Assembly (NCBI RefSeq): GCF_036321535.1
Contig: NC_087436.1
Coordinates: forward strand, 97,342,001-97,406,000
Length of the DNA: 64,000 bases
Reading direction: 5' to 3'
Source of the DNA: Camelus dromedarius
Taxonomy: Eukaryota
How positions within the stretch are numbered: position 1 is the stretch's first letter; each line of letters begins with the position of its first letter. The notes under the pieces were generated by a model. It did not search any database, was not told the DNA's origin, and saw only the letters and a program-made list of their open reading frames with translations. Shown here piece by piece: positions 13,801 through 26,611 of the stretch. The position numbers and the translations under genes are program-made.

Positions 13801-15430
13801 CTGTTGTATGTTCTCCTATCTTTCTACTTTCAAACTTTTTATTTCTTTGACTCTAAAGTGAGTCTCCTGTTAACAGCATATGGGTGGATATTGTTTATTT
13901 ATCAAACCTGATCATCTATGGCTTTTGATTGGATTGTTTAACTCATTCATTTTTAATGTTATTATTGATACAGTTGGATTTACATTTGCCATTTTTTTAT
14001 ATTCTGTGTATCTCATATCATTTTCATTTTGGCACTCCTGTAGCTGTGTTCTTTATTATTTAGTGGATATTTTCTAAAATAATATTTTAATTTTTCTAAT
14101 AATTTTTATTATATTTTTGAACCATTTTTGTGGCTATTCTAGGGCTTAAAATATACATATCAATTTATCGAAATCCATTTCAGATTTAAAATTATTTTAT
14201 TGAAAGAAACTCTCTCTCATATACCTCTATTTCCTTTCCCTCTTTTTTGGTGCTATTGTTGTTATACAGAGTGTGTAACCTTAAAAACCCAACAATAAAT
14301 TGTTATTATTGCTTAATATAATCCTATGTCTTATAAAGAAACTAAGAGAAGAAAGGAGAACAAGTATGTACTTACAGAATTTATTATATTGACATTTTTA
14401 TTTACCATTTCTGGTTATTATATTCATTTCCTCCTGTGGATTATTATTACTGTCTTACTTCATTTTCTTACTCTTTACAGGTTTCTTTCTGCCCACCTCT
14501 TTCTGCATTTAATCAAATACATTTCATTTTTGTATTTTAAGTCTACACAATTATATTTATATTGTTTTATGCAATTACTTTTAAAAACAATTAAGAGAAG
14601 GATAGAAAAATGGGTAATTATAGTATCTTTTATAATTATCTGTATAATTACCTTTATAGGCACACTTTTTAAAATGTGGATTTTAATTTCTGCCTGGTGT
14701 TATTTGCTTTCAGTTGGGAGAATTTCCTTTATTATTTTTTGGAAGGCAGGTCTGCTAGCAACGTATTCTTTCAGCTTTGGTTTGCCTAGGGATTATTTTA
14801 TTTCACTTTCATTATTACAAGATAGTTTGGCTATATGTATATTTCTTAGTTAATAAGATTTTACTTTCAGCACTTAGAATATGTCCTCTCACTGGCTTCT
14901 GTACTCCATTGTTTCTAAAGAAAAATCAGCTGTTTATCTTATTGAGGGGGGAGTCCCTTATAATTGATGAAACAACTTTTTTTTTTAACTGCTTCTAAGA
15001 CTTTCTCTTTGGCTTTCAATATTTTGGCTATGAAATGTCTGGATGTTGGTCTGTTTGAGTTTATCCTACTTATAGTTCATTGGGCTTCTTGGATATTAGT
15101 GTATTCAGCTGGGGAAAGTTTTCAATCATTATTTCTTTACAAATTTTTTCTTCTCTTTTCTCTCCTCTCCTTCTGATAATCCCATTATATTTATGATGGT
15201 GCACTTAATCGTGTGCTACATTTCTTTGAGGCACTGTTCATTTTTCATCATTGTGTTTACTCATTGTTCTTCAGATTGCATCATCTCGAGCTTCAAGTTT
15301 GCTGATCCTATTTTTTTTTTTAATGCTGCTGATTCTTTCTTTTGACAGCTCAACTATACTGTTTAGTCCCTCTAGTAAATTTTTTATTTTAATTATTACA
15401 CTTTTCCACTCTAGAATTTCTACATAAATT
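10890..15430 (-). mobile_element. Large decayed LINE-1 (L1MB-like 3' end plus ORF2/ORF1 remnants, internally deleted)
   Basis: Begins with 'tttattgagataaaatgtacatgccataaaattcacc...' and continues with typical antisense ORF2 text ('ctgccaaactgttttccaaagtg', 'tttcaaagaacaaacttt', 'ggagtgttgaaatct'), then ORF1-region text near 14.7-15.4 kb. Confidence 0.92.
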
Positions 15431-15979
15431 GATGTTGACCAGTTGAAAACTTGACATTTTATACTTATTTCCATTCAGGAAATAATTCATATTTGATAAG
15501 AAATAGTGTTTAAATTTATATGATTGTATTTATAGAAAAAAAAGTTAAGGAGAAATATTTGGAGTAGTGAAACAAGATTGTACTCTGGTTACTAATGGTA
15601 ATCTCTTCTGAACTGCTCATAGTTTCCACTGAAATACATCAAATATCTAACTTATAGTATAGGAATGTGTTAATAGCTAACTGGGTAATTTAGAATACAT
15701 TGTCAAAATCACCATGTATTTAATTGTTTTATTAACATTTTCAGATATTAAAAATATAAATGTCTACAATAAATATTTTAAAGGTATACTTAATAAACAA
15801 GAAATACAATTCTTTAAGCTGGAAAAATTTCAGCCTTTCACATTTTTTTTTCCTATACTTCTTTTTCAGTCTACTGTAATATCTGAAATTTCACCCCTCC
15901 CATAAATGTTTATTGAAGCTAACTCTCTAATTAATATCTACTTTCCTGTGTTGCATCACTGAATGTCACAGAAAATCCG

Positions 15980-16075
15980 AGGAGAAGGTTTCTTAATCCC
16001 CATTTTATAGATGGGAACTGAGTTTCAGAGAGATGAAGTAATCTGATGAAGGTCACATAAATTAAGTGATAGAGA
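15980..16075 (-). mobile_element. MIR SINE
   Basis: 'ccccattttatagatgggaactgagtttcagagagatgaagtaa...aaggtcaca'. Confidence 0.8.
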
Positions 16076-16384
16076 ACAAGTGAGGAGGGGGCACAAGATG
16101 ATAGATAAGAAATGCATCACCAGAAAGTCAAAGAGGTGATGGGGAAATAGAAGGAGCAACCTAATCAGGTTTTAATTAAAATATATTTAGTTGGAAGAGT
16201 TAAATCCATCAAAAGAGTTAAATCCTCTGTGGTCTAAAACTTTCCTATTTCTAACTGCAAATCAAGCTGTTCCGGCAGGCACACACTAATGGAAAGAAAA
16301 CTGGGTTAGAAAGAAAAACAAACTACTGATGTTCTGACTTTAGTTTTATCCTTATTAATAGTATTTACTAATTTTTCTAAATTT

Positions 16385-16490
16385 TAGTATGCCTGGCACT
16401 GTTCTTTATTCTTAAATACTAACTCATTTAACCCCAGTAACAACCACTGGAGGTAGGAACTATTATTATCATTCTCATTTTGCATGAAAT
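16385..16490 (-). mobile_element. MIR SINE
   Basis: 'tatgcctggcactgttct...actcatttaaccc...aggtaggaactattattatc'. Confidence 0.75.
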
Positions 16491-17244
16491 TTTAGGCTTT
16501 GTAATACAGCTGGAAAGTTTTGGACTTCTGTGATTCACCAAGTGAGCACCTGAGCAATTAATTGGAAAAAGTATGAGTTGTGACTGTGTTTATGCTCTTG
16601 AACACAAATACTTGGGGAAGTTCTGTTTTCTACAGTGTATCATTTTCCATTTTGTTTTAGAGTATGCGAAAGAGCTTTAGAAATCACAATGTGCTGAACA
16701 ACTGTATTTTTGTAAGGAAGCGTGCTGGAATGACATTTTGGATTCTTTTTGTTGGAATTGCTCAAGCCTGAAATGGCACTCCAGAATCTCATTTTAAAAT
16801 AAAAATAAATTCATATGTTGAATAAAGAAATACATGCTATATAAAAATGAAGGTTATTATTTGAATTAAATACAATGTTTATATGCATTTGCAAAGTTTA
16901 TCTTCCTCATTTACTCAGGAAGCATTTGGTACCCAAAACAAACTCACTCAAATTAGTTTATGTAAAAGAGATAGCTTTATAGGAAGAAAATAAGGATATT
17001 TTATAAAACTGTTGACTTAAAAAGTATAGTGAAGCCCAATGAAGGAATGGAACTGGGAGCTGATATTTACAAACCTGTGATAAAGTGACAATTTGGCAGA
17101 AACTTGAAGAAAGTGAAAGAGGATTAAAATGTATTCCCTAATTTTTCACTCCCATGATAATTTGTGCTTTCCAGTTTCTAGCAATGGAACTTATAGTTAT
17201 TTAATTCTTTTGAATTTAAACAAAAAATGTCAGTTTTAGTGCAG

Positions 17245-17355
17245 AGTTAAATCTCCAGGAGAGCAAGAATCATGCTCATCTTTTCATTACTACAGCAGCT
17301 CCACTATCTTCCTGGGGGCCAGACGTAGGGTAGGTGCATTAAATATTGCTTACTG
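17245..17355 (+). mobile_element. L2 3' terminal fragment
   Basis: 'atctccaggagagcaagaatcatgc...gtaggtgcattaaatattg'. Confidence 0.6.
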
Positions 17356-17439
17356 TTTCTATTATTGAAAGTGTGGCATATCTTGTTGGTACTAATTTAA
17401 TGATTTTCCCTTTTATTTTATAAGAAATTATAGATACCA

Positions 17440-17850
17440 TGTTGTTAGGGAATAGGCTAAAATTTTCTTTAAAAACATAAAAATTTAGTGGCTTAAGCAG
17501 TATCTATGCTTATTTCCAGGAAAGCAGGTGGCTCAGTACAGGGGGCAACATCCAGAGATGCTCTCTGCCTGGGTGGTTCTGCTATTCTCATTGTATTGCC
17601 TCTTCATCTGGTTATAAGGTGGGTGTACACATCATTGTGACTTCTCAGCTAAAGAAAAAGAGTAAAGGAGATTCCAGGGCAGGTTGCTTCCTTTTTAAGG
17701 AGATGAACTGGAAGTTTTATGTATCACTTCTCTTTGCATCCTTTTAGCCCCAGCTTAGTCATGTGACAACATCCATGGCCCAGGCGGCTGGGAAATGTGC
17801 CATCTCTAGGGCTGCTGTTATTAAAGGGGTGAAAGAAGGGACACTGAGAG
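17440..17850 (-). mobile_element. MLT1J/K-like LTR
   Basis: 'aaaatttagtggcttaagca', 'atcacttct...cagcttagtcatgtgacaac...ggctgggaaatgt'. Confidence 0.65.
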
Positions 17851-17942
17851 AAAAAAAATATATATATACACACACACACATACATGTATAAAAATATGGC
17901 TTTTGTGTTTGTGTTGTTTAAAGTATTGGCTAAGCTGTTGTA

Positions 17943-17978
17943 ACACACACACACACTTGCACACACACACACACACAC
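17943..17978. repeat. Interrupted (CA)n microsatellite
   Basis: Read directly. Confidence 0.95.
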
Positions 17979-19574
17979 AAATCTCCATTGTCCAGTGAAT
18001 GGAGATGTGAAAATTTGTTTATTCATTCCCCTATAGGTGAATATTTTATTGTAATTTATATGCTTTGAAAGTTCCCAGGTAATTTTGAAGCAGTCAATCT
18101 GTTCTTTTCATGAAACAGCAATTGAGGTGAGTTTAGAGGATAACTGAGAATAGAGAAATGTAAAGAAAGAGAAGATGCAAGGGCAATTAAAGGATCAGGC
18201 ATAAGGTGATTTAGTTACATCTCATCTTTGTATATTGTTGTGCAGTGTTAAAAGCGTTGTCAACATACACTTATGAAGTGCCGACTCTACATCAAACCAA
18301 ATGTTAGATGTAACAGAAAAAGTGAAGAAAGGAGAAGAGAAGGTTTCCTTGGGGTACAGAGGTTTTCTTTGGTTCTGCTGTCTTTGCAATAGGGTGGTCC
18401 AAGTAGGAATTTTTATTGCTATTTAACAGGTTAAAAAACCACTAACAAATTAATAGCAGGTGAGCAAGTTGGGAGCCCAGCACTCCTGACTCCTAGTACA
18501 AGGCCTACTTTACATTACACTGCCTTGCAGGGGACTATAGGTGAGTAACATCACTTGTATGTACACAGTCAACCACATGCTTAGCCTCCAGAACGATGCA
18601 ACCGAGTGACTATCAATGATAGTTTATTTTGGTAGTATGTGTTGAGTTGAGGAGAGATCTGAGAAGAAACAAGTGGGGAGCTTGAGTTTCTCTGCAGAAA
18701 AAGGCTTCCTGTACTCCATAACTGCCCACCAAATATGACCCCTTGACTAACCCTCCTGTTGGAGCAACTGTTGTGGTCTTGATGAAATATTAAGAATGAA
18801 ATTGCAAGTAATGGCCGCTGGGAATTCCATGCTCGGGTGTCATTAAGGATCAAACACAAGGACCATAATTATTGTGAGTGTTAGATGATGGCCCCAGGGA
18901 ATAGATCCACTGGTTTAAGCCCTGAAAACTTTCTTACATCCTATCAAATTATTTGAGGATTCAGTTCAGAATCGAAGGTCACTTCTAGGGTAAGAGAACT
19001 TTGGAGAAACTGAAGGAAGATTCAACACTGAAATTATATTTTTTATGCTGTTATAAACTCTTTGATACATTTAATGGCTTATCTAGCTCAGTGTGTGTCT
19101 TTGGTCTGATGATAAATCACATGACATTGGTAAAATGAGGTTGCCTTTGTCTAGATTTGTCTCCACTGAAATGTGGCAGTTAATGTAAGAAGACTTTTTT
19201 TTTCTGTAAATCATTTAAGAATAACATTTTTTCCTTCCCATTTGTATAGATTGTATCCTTTCAAGTGTTTCTCATCAATTTCTGTCTTAAGCTAATCTCA
19301 CACCATCCTCCTGTGGTTAGTTAAGCAGGTATTGTCACCCTGTTTTAACAAATGAGATGAGTGGGTATCAGAGAAGTTGAAGCACTTCAAATAAGTGGTA
19401 CAACTCTAAGAGTGGAGAAGATAAGAGGGAAACACTGAGTTTGTCTCTTCAATAAATAATCTCTCCTCTACTCTAATAAAATCAGGTGTCTGGCTCCACA
19501 AACTCTTGTTTTCCTCTTCTAACTCCTAATGCTGCCTGGCAATGGGATGAGTGTTTGAAAGCTCAGCTTGCTAA

Positions 19575-19730
19575 GAAATGGCCATTTGTTGAGCCCTTTT
19601 TATATGCTAGGCAGAATGCCAAGCACATTAGAGGCATAATTAATGCTCACAAACACCCTGTAACTTAGGTGTTCTTATCCCCGTTTTACAGATAAAGAAA
19701 ATTGAGGCTTGTAGAAGTGAAGCGACTGGG
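19575..19730 (-). mobile_element. MIR (MIRb-like) SINE; another MIR at about 19240-19430
   Basis: 'catttgttgagccc...atgctaggc...ttatccccgttttacagataaagaaaattgaggct...gtgaagcgact'. Confidence 0.85.
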
Positions 19731-20094
19731 GCTACATGGTTACCCTCAAAGGAATACTAGAAAATTTCCAGCCTCTTTGGAAAGTAAGACTAAGACCTCA
19801 CTCTACTCTTTATAAGTGAGGCCAATTAAAAAAAAATATTATTTCTGATGTTTGGAGAATGGAGTCTCCTATGGAGAGGAAGAAGGAAAGAACGAAGTCT
19901 GAGACTTACGGCAGTGTTGTCTACCCATCACCGCTTTAACTGGGCTGTTAGCTCATTGAATGAAAGAGCCTTGCCTGATTTATCTTTTAATTCCTCTTAG
20001 TTTAGTGATTTGAGAAGAGTAAATGCTTATTAAATATTTTTGGAAAGAATGCTTTCTGAAGAAGAATTCTAAACAAATTGCATACGTGTAATTG

Positions 20095-20539
20095 ACATGT
20101 TCAGGGATCTGCCCGTGTCCCCTTGGATCTCACCCATCTTGTGCACACCTTTGTCTTCCTGTTACAAGTTCCCGTACCTCTCTGCCTTGGGGCTTTCTCC
20201 TGCCATGGGCCTGGCCCTGGCCCTGTGCAAGGCAGGTTGAGAATACTAGAGAGTTAAGATCTTCAAAGCAATGACAGATGGGGTATGTTGGAAAAATACC
20301 CCACCATCTCATGCTGTGGGTCAGATGACTGAGGAACTCCAGTGTTACTGAGAGGTCCCCAGTTGATCTGCATCCCAGATGCCCATATTGCTCATTAACA
20401 GATTCAGTCTGGCTTCCATTTCCTCCCTGACTCAATTTTCCACATTCTATCTGTGCTTCTCAGAATTACCTGCCAAAGAAACTCCTTGCTCCATATCCTA
20501 GTTTCAGAGTTTGCTTCTTGGGGGATTTGAACTAAGATA
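20095..20539 (+). mobile_element. ERVL LTR16-like solo LTR
   Basis: 'cagatggggtatg...aaatacccca', 'agaggtccccag', 'tggcttccatttcctccctgactca', and the terminal 'cagagtttgcttcttgggggatttgaactaagata'. Confidence 0.75.
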
Positions 20540-20589
20540 TCTTTCTCAAAGTTCTAAAATGAACCATACAAAAGGCTGTATGCAATAGA

Positions 20590-20780
20590 TAATAGTAGCA
20601 TTTATTAATGAGCATTTTCTATGTGTAACACCTAAATCTTTTATGTCTTACAATCCTATCATACATATACTACTAAATAATTGCCATTTTACAGATGAGT
20701 ATACTGAGGCACAAAGAAATCAAGGAACAGGCTCAAAATCATGGCCATTCATCATCAGTGTTAAGATTGCAACCCAATAA
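20590..20780 (-). mobile_element. MIR SINE
   Basis: 'ccattttacagatgagtatactgaggcacaaagaaatcaagg'. Confidence 0.8.
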
Positions 20781-22879
20781 CCCAATCAGCGTTTCAGTTT
20801 AGAAGGTCTTGGCTTAATTATGACCAAGCATAATTGGTTTCCTATCAGAATACTTGCTGAAGACAATACTTGAGAGACTTGATTGTACTCTTTTGTTTAA
20901 GTGATGCAAATATGTGTATTTATTTTTCAGTATGTGTGATTGTAACATTTATTATAAAAGCAACTTGCATGCAGGAGTGCTGCCTAATAGCTGGGAAACC
21001 TGAACTGGGGAGAACTAGCTTTTGAAGCTGCAGATTCCCTAAAAAGCGCAATGGACATGAACTATTAGAGTCGAGTCCCTATAATCTGTGATCACTAATT
21101 TTCTTCTTTTTTCTTACTCTTCCTCTGCTTTTTTCTCCTGCTCCTCATTCTTCCCTCATTTTCTTCTTTCTCTCCTCTTTTTACTCCTCGCCTTTTTGCT
21201 ATGGTTTTGTAATAGACCCAAAGAACTTAGCTTCTTTTTTAAAAAATTTAAATGGTTAAGTTTCAACAATTAATTGTAAAATCAAGGAAAGAATTAGACA
21301 GCTATTAATCATCACTGATTCAAATTGCAAAAAAGGCTGCTGTACACACTGAGTTTTATTGAGTGATGTGCCTGAATTGGTTTTTCTTTTATTTTGCCAA
21401 AGGTAGTAGAAAGACAGGGTATCATTAGCTGAAAGAAAATCATATAAGCACGAAATGATAAACTAGCCAACTGTGGACAAACATCGCACATTTAAAATAT
21501 TACATTTTCAGAGCCAGTGGGAGAGATGTTTTTCTAAATGCCAGAGAGTCAAATGTGAACATAAGCCAAATAAGTGTAAAAAATGTAGGCTGAAGGGAAG
21601 AGGAGGAGTGTGGGAGAACTTTTACAACAGTGAATATCTATTCCTAGAAACAAATATTTTAAAATTTGAGTGAGTGCACTATCAAATAAAAAATTATTAC
21701 TTGGAAATAGTAGCTATTTAAATGCTATAAATAATTTTAATTAGACAAAGAGGTTATGAATTTATTTCTAGACTTAAAATAAGTCTACTTCAGAATTAAA
21801 GTATTTAAGAGAACCCATCATAGAATTTCAGAAAACCATCACAGAATTCCAGGAACATAGAGTTTTGGTCTAAATCTGGACTATTTGAACTTTCCCTAAG
21901 TATATGAGGATTATTAAAAGATTTCTTCACTGCTTCTCCATTCAATACCCATTCTTATGTTAATAAAGCCATGAAATATGTTTTTCTGAAGTAGCATTTT
22001 ACAAAGAATTCTTTAGCATGAAGAAGCAAAAGTTTGTAGTTGTTTTTTGTGGAATATATGAATATATGAAGATAAATCATGTCTAGTAGAGAAATTGAGT
22101 TTTTGCCAACTCAAAGTTAATTTCCAGCTGCATATATATTCTGGAAGAGCGTTTCTATTTATCTTTCTATATTGCTTTTTGTAGTTCTGATAGATAATCT
22201 TGTCACCAAAGTCATACTTCCAAGTTTCACAATATAGACACTGATGTGCTGCATTTTGTGGTTTGTAGGGAATCCAGATTCATCCTTATGGCATTTCAGC
22301 CTAATTGGTTTAATTTCTATGGAGATGAAGTAGAGAGGCTTAAAGGTTAGACTTCAACTGCAAAAGAGGGATGTTACCTCCCACCACATAGTCAAGTGTG
22401 GTTGGTGTCCTAGAAACCCTGATTGGAAGATAGACTCAGATCTCTAGTTAAGGTTTGGCCAAAAAAAGGATAATATAGTTTTACTATACATAGTATATAT
22501 GCACTTTAAGGGACAGAGAGTATGCTGCATGTCTGGAGGAATCTAGTCTGTTCTTTTTCATTTAGATGTATGCTTTATGGAGCCTACTATATTTTCAGTT
22601 TGTATAGTTTTTCAGTTTTTCAACGGGTTTCTTCCTCTGTGCCTTTATCATTCTCTATTTTTCCCTCTTCTTAAGACCCCTATAGTCACTCCTCTTAAGA
22701 TCCTTAGCATTTTTTACCTGGTATTAGATTCAGTGAAGTTGTATCAATTTCTGTACTAGACATGATTTGTCCTCATATATTCCACAATGTATTAGCACAG
22801 TTTCTTCTAAACATTAGACACTCAATGTGTATTGAGATAATGGATCAGCAAAAGTGTTGATGACTGGGTTACCTGTTTC

Positions 22880-23030
22880 AGAGTAGGGAGAGTGAGCCCT
22901 AATCCTTACTCTGCCACTCTGTTCCTGTTGACATGGCGAGTCCTGGCGTATCTCTGGGTTAGACTTTCCTTTTCTATAAAATAAAGGTATGGGGCTAGTT
23001 CCCCTCGGAGGCCCCTTTTAGCCTTGACTT
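22880..23030 (+). mobile_element. MIR3-like SINE
   Basis: 'ctaatccttactctgccact...tctctgggttagactttcc...tataaaataaagg...cctcggaggccccttttagc'. Confidence 0.65.
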
Positions 23031-24184
23031 CCTTTAATTTATGAGATGGGGAGAGCCAGAGGACATTACTGCTCCTTTTTTTGAGCTGATACTGAGCTCT
23101 CTAGACCTGGGAGGTTCAACACTCTCTCTTGAGAGCTGTTGTGAGCTCTTTGAATTCCCCCTGCTCAACATCAACCCCCTCCCCACCACTGTGGCCGAAC
23201 ATCTCTCCTCTGTAGTTGCAGGGATAATGGCCAATACTTTCTGTTCCTGCTGGCTGCTCATGCCTCCCACAGTTCTCTGTGGATGTGGTCTGTTCTGCTA
23301 ACAAGAATGATTCTGTAACATGTATTAGGTTATACATGACTGGTAAACAGCAGAACGATATCAATATAACACAGAAGTCTCAGGGGGGTCACATGCAGTT
23401 TTGTTTAGTAGCATGTTAATATTTTGGACCACCAGTACCTGCAGTTGAATGCAAAGAATACTAATAAAGTCAATCACAGCAAGCTACGGAACTGTGCACT
23501 CCTGGGCCTGGTGCCCAGTCACCTTGCTTCTTCCCTCTTGGCCTAGGTTGACCATATGTTCTGCCTACAAAGTGCTTATTGCATTATTCTCTCTGTTCTG
23601 TGTTTACTTTACCCTTTTCTCCATAACTTAGCAGCAACAAAACTTCCCTATGTGCCCTTCCATTGAGATACCTTTATTTTTAAGATAAAATCCCTCATTT
23701 ACTATAGTATTTATTTGTCCACGATCTAATATGTCTTTTGACATGTTAGAATTACCCAGCTCTTGGAGCTGTGTGTGTGTGTATGAATTTTTAAAAGTAA
23801 GATTAATAAGTTGCATAGGTTTTGACTGGTCTGTCCCTAATGTTATTCCATAAACTCAGGTTATTTTTGCAGGTTTATCAGGATCACATGTATCCTTATT
23901 TGAAAATACGTGTATTCTGGTTTCATTCTTACGAGACCAGTTCCACCTTCCTGGTAACCCTTTTGGACAGGACCCAAGATGAGTTCATGTGGATTCTCTT
24001 ATCTCCCACATCTTATCTACAGAAAGAGTGATGGCATTCTTCTCTTCACAAAACTTTGGGAGAAATTTTGAGAGTGTGGATGGTCACAAATTGAGAAATT
24101 TGTCTTTTGCTTTGCCATCAAAGTAGCCAGTAATCCCATATTTTGCCTAGTTTCCCAGGTAGGTGGCAGACAAAAGTGCATTAG

Positions 24185-25392
24185 GTTTACCGATAGGCAT
24201 GCATATTAAGCATTCTAGGTGGTATCCTTAACACTTATTCCTTCCTTGGAGTTAGGAAGAGAGTACAGCTGATGCATCCTTCTTGGGGATATGCATCTCC
24301 CAGCACATCTCTCTCCAAAGAACCTTCCCCAGCATTGCTTTCTTTTGCTGTCTGATCTCCTGACTATTTATTATATTCTTGATGTGGCACGGGGTTTAAA
24401 AGTCCTCTACCATTCCTGTCCATATACTTTGTTACCTCTAGACGACTTTGGGAATAACTTGCTAATGTGTTTTCTGAAATTTCCATTTTTAAGTTACTGT
24501 TGCATATATCTCTATATTGGCACATATCTATATCTATTTTGAACCATATTGCAGAACAAGCTGGCAAATTAGTACATTTCATTTAACTCAAGAAACATGT
24601 AAAGCCTATATTTCTTTCCATTTTAGGACTGCTTTGATTTTTAAGATACAGAATGATTTAGTTTAATCCATGGACTTTTAATTTATTTGAGGAAGTATCA
24701 TTGCTCTGAAAACAAATGGAGATACATTACTTGGCACCATGACTTATGGCCACGTCACACAACATTGCAGAGTGGTTACAAAAGGATGCTTCACATCCTT
24801 CAGAGTGTACACATTTCTTGATCACATTGGTCAGGATAAATGCTGCCAGTAATCATGGACTGTCTCCTTAAATATTTACCATGTGATGTTTTTTCACATT
24901 TCTCTTCTTGTTGGGGCATACTTCTCCTGGAATCCATGGCTTCAGCTTATCATTCTTGGTTTCTGAAGGAGAAAATGCTGAAAAGTACCATTGATAACAG
25001 CCTATGAAACTTGTGCAGATTCTAAATCACTCTTAAAAGTATAAATAACACCAGTAGACAGAAAGACTCTAACTGATTTAAGATTATTTTATTCACTTGT
25101 TAAAGGATAATTTTTTAAGGGATAAAATCATGACTCTCCTACAGATATAAAGTGAACACATGTCAAAGAATTTATTTGACTTATTATTTAGTGGGAAAAC
25201 CAGTGGTTCAAAAGGTAACTCAAAGAGCCCCACATTTATAGTCAGATAAGGGATGCTGAAAATACATTTACAAATAAATTATGTTTACCAATAGGCATGC
25301 ATATTAAGCATCTAGATGGTATTCTTAATGCCACTCATTCCTTCCTTGGAGTTAGGAAGATAGTACAACTGATACATCTTCCTTAAGGGTAT
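24185..25392 (+). repeat. Dispersed direct repeat pair of about 108 bp (24185-24292 and 25283-25392), about 85% identical
   Basis: 'gtttaccgataggcatgcatattaagca...ttccttccttggagttaggaagagagtacagctgatgcatc' vs 'gtttaccaataggcatgcatattaagca...ttccttccttggagttaggaagatagtacaactgatacatc'. Confidence 0.95.
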
Positions 25393-25791
25393 CACAGAAC
25401 TGGCAGAACTCTTGACAATCTATACGCCCATAATCAATTGCATTTCAGTAGACATAATTTGCCTTTATCTGGATAAGAATTATTGGCATCAGGATCAGTT
25501 CACAATAAGTTAACTTCTATCTGTGCAGAGTAGTAAAAGAGCCTAGTCAGAGACAAATGAAGATGATAACCTGGATGAATAAGCTGTTTAGGACAACCAC
25601 TACATTTCAAAGCTTTTCACAATTTTTAGGAAAGTATATCTCAGATACTTTTTAAGCACAACTATACACATTTAGTGGAAATGCTAAATGCTTTATATTC
25701 CTACATAGATACTATTTGTCACAGCTCTGGGGTAAACCACTACCTCTGTAGAGGACCATCTGAACTGGCTTTGCAGCTTGCCTTGTCTGGA

Positions 25792-25870
25792 CAGTAGTTC
25801 CTCCTTATTTGCACAGGATACTTGCAAGACCCGCAGTGGATGCCTGAAATCACAGATAGTATCAAACCCT

Positions 25871-25927
<57 letters not shown>

Positions 25928-26611
25928 AATTTATACATTTATATATTATATATAACAATTATAACAATATCCTATAACAAAAGTTATATGAATGTGGTCT
26001 CTCTCTCCCAACATGTCTTATTGTATAAATTTAATGCCTTTTCCATCTTGACCAAGCACTCATCATGCATTGTGGCCATACTTTTGCTGTTTAAGGCACA
26101 ACAGCAAAACTAACGCAGATTTCTTTTTCCTTCTTCACAATTTCATGGATGAAAGATTTGTTCTTACTGTAGATCTTAGCAACCCCAGTACACAATTTTT
26201 TTTCTTTCCTTATTAGCTTGAAAACTTTTACCTTTTCGCTTAAAGGAAGCACTTTCTGGCTTGTCTTTGGCATATCCAAATTGCAAGTATCACTGCTCTC
26301 TGGGGCCTTTACTAAGTAGAAGAAGGGTGATTTGAATACAAGCACTGTTGAGGGTGACAGCTAAGCTGATAACGAGGTGGCTACTAAATGACCAAGGGTG
26401 AAATATGCTGGACAAAAGAATGACTCATGTCCCAGGCAGGAAGGATTAAGAGGGTGTGAGATTTTGTTATGCTACTCAGAACAGCCTAAAGTTTAAAACT
26501 TGTGAATTGCTTATTTCTGGAATTTTCCATTTAATATTTTTGGACCACAGTTGACCTTGGGTAACTGAAAGCTTGGAAAACAAAACCGTGGATAAGGGGA
26601 GGGAGTTAATG
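25792..26611. mobile_element. MER44 (Tigger7-derived TcMar non-autonomous element) retaining the transposase N-terminus
   Basis: Ends 'cagtagttcctccttatttgcacaggatacttgcaagacccgcagtggatgcctgaaa' and 'aaaaccgtggataagggg...atg|ta'. The minus ORF 26091-26345 contains 'MPKTSQKVLPLSEKVKVFKLIRKEKK...VAKIYSKNKSFIHEIVKKEKEI', resembling the CENP-B_N/HTH_psq domain. Confidence 0.9.
25870..25927. repeat. Compound (CA)n(TA)n microsatellite within MER44
   Basis: Read directly. Confidence 0.95.

Noticed and set aside
14326..14853. Longest ORF (175 aa, hydrophobic)
   Set aside because: It lies antisense within a decayed L1, and the F/I/L richness reflects T-rich sequence rather than a membrane protein.
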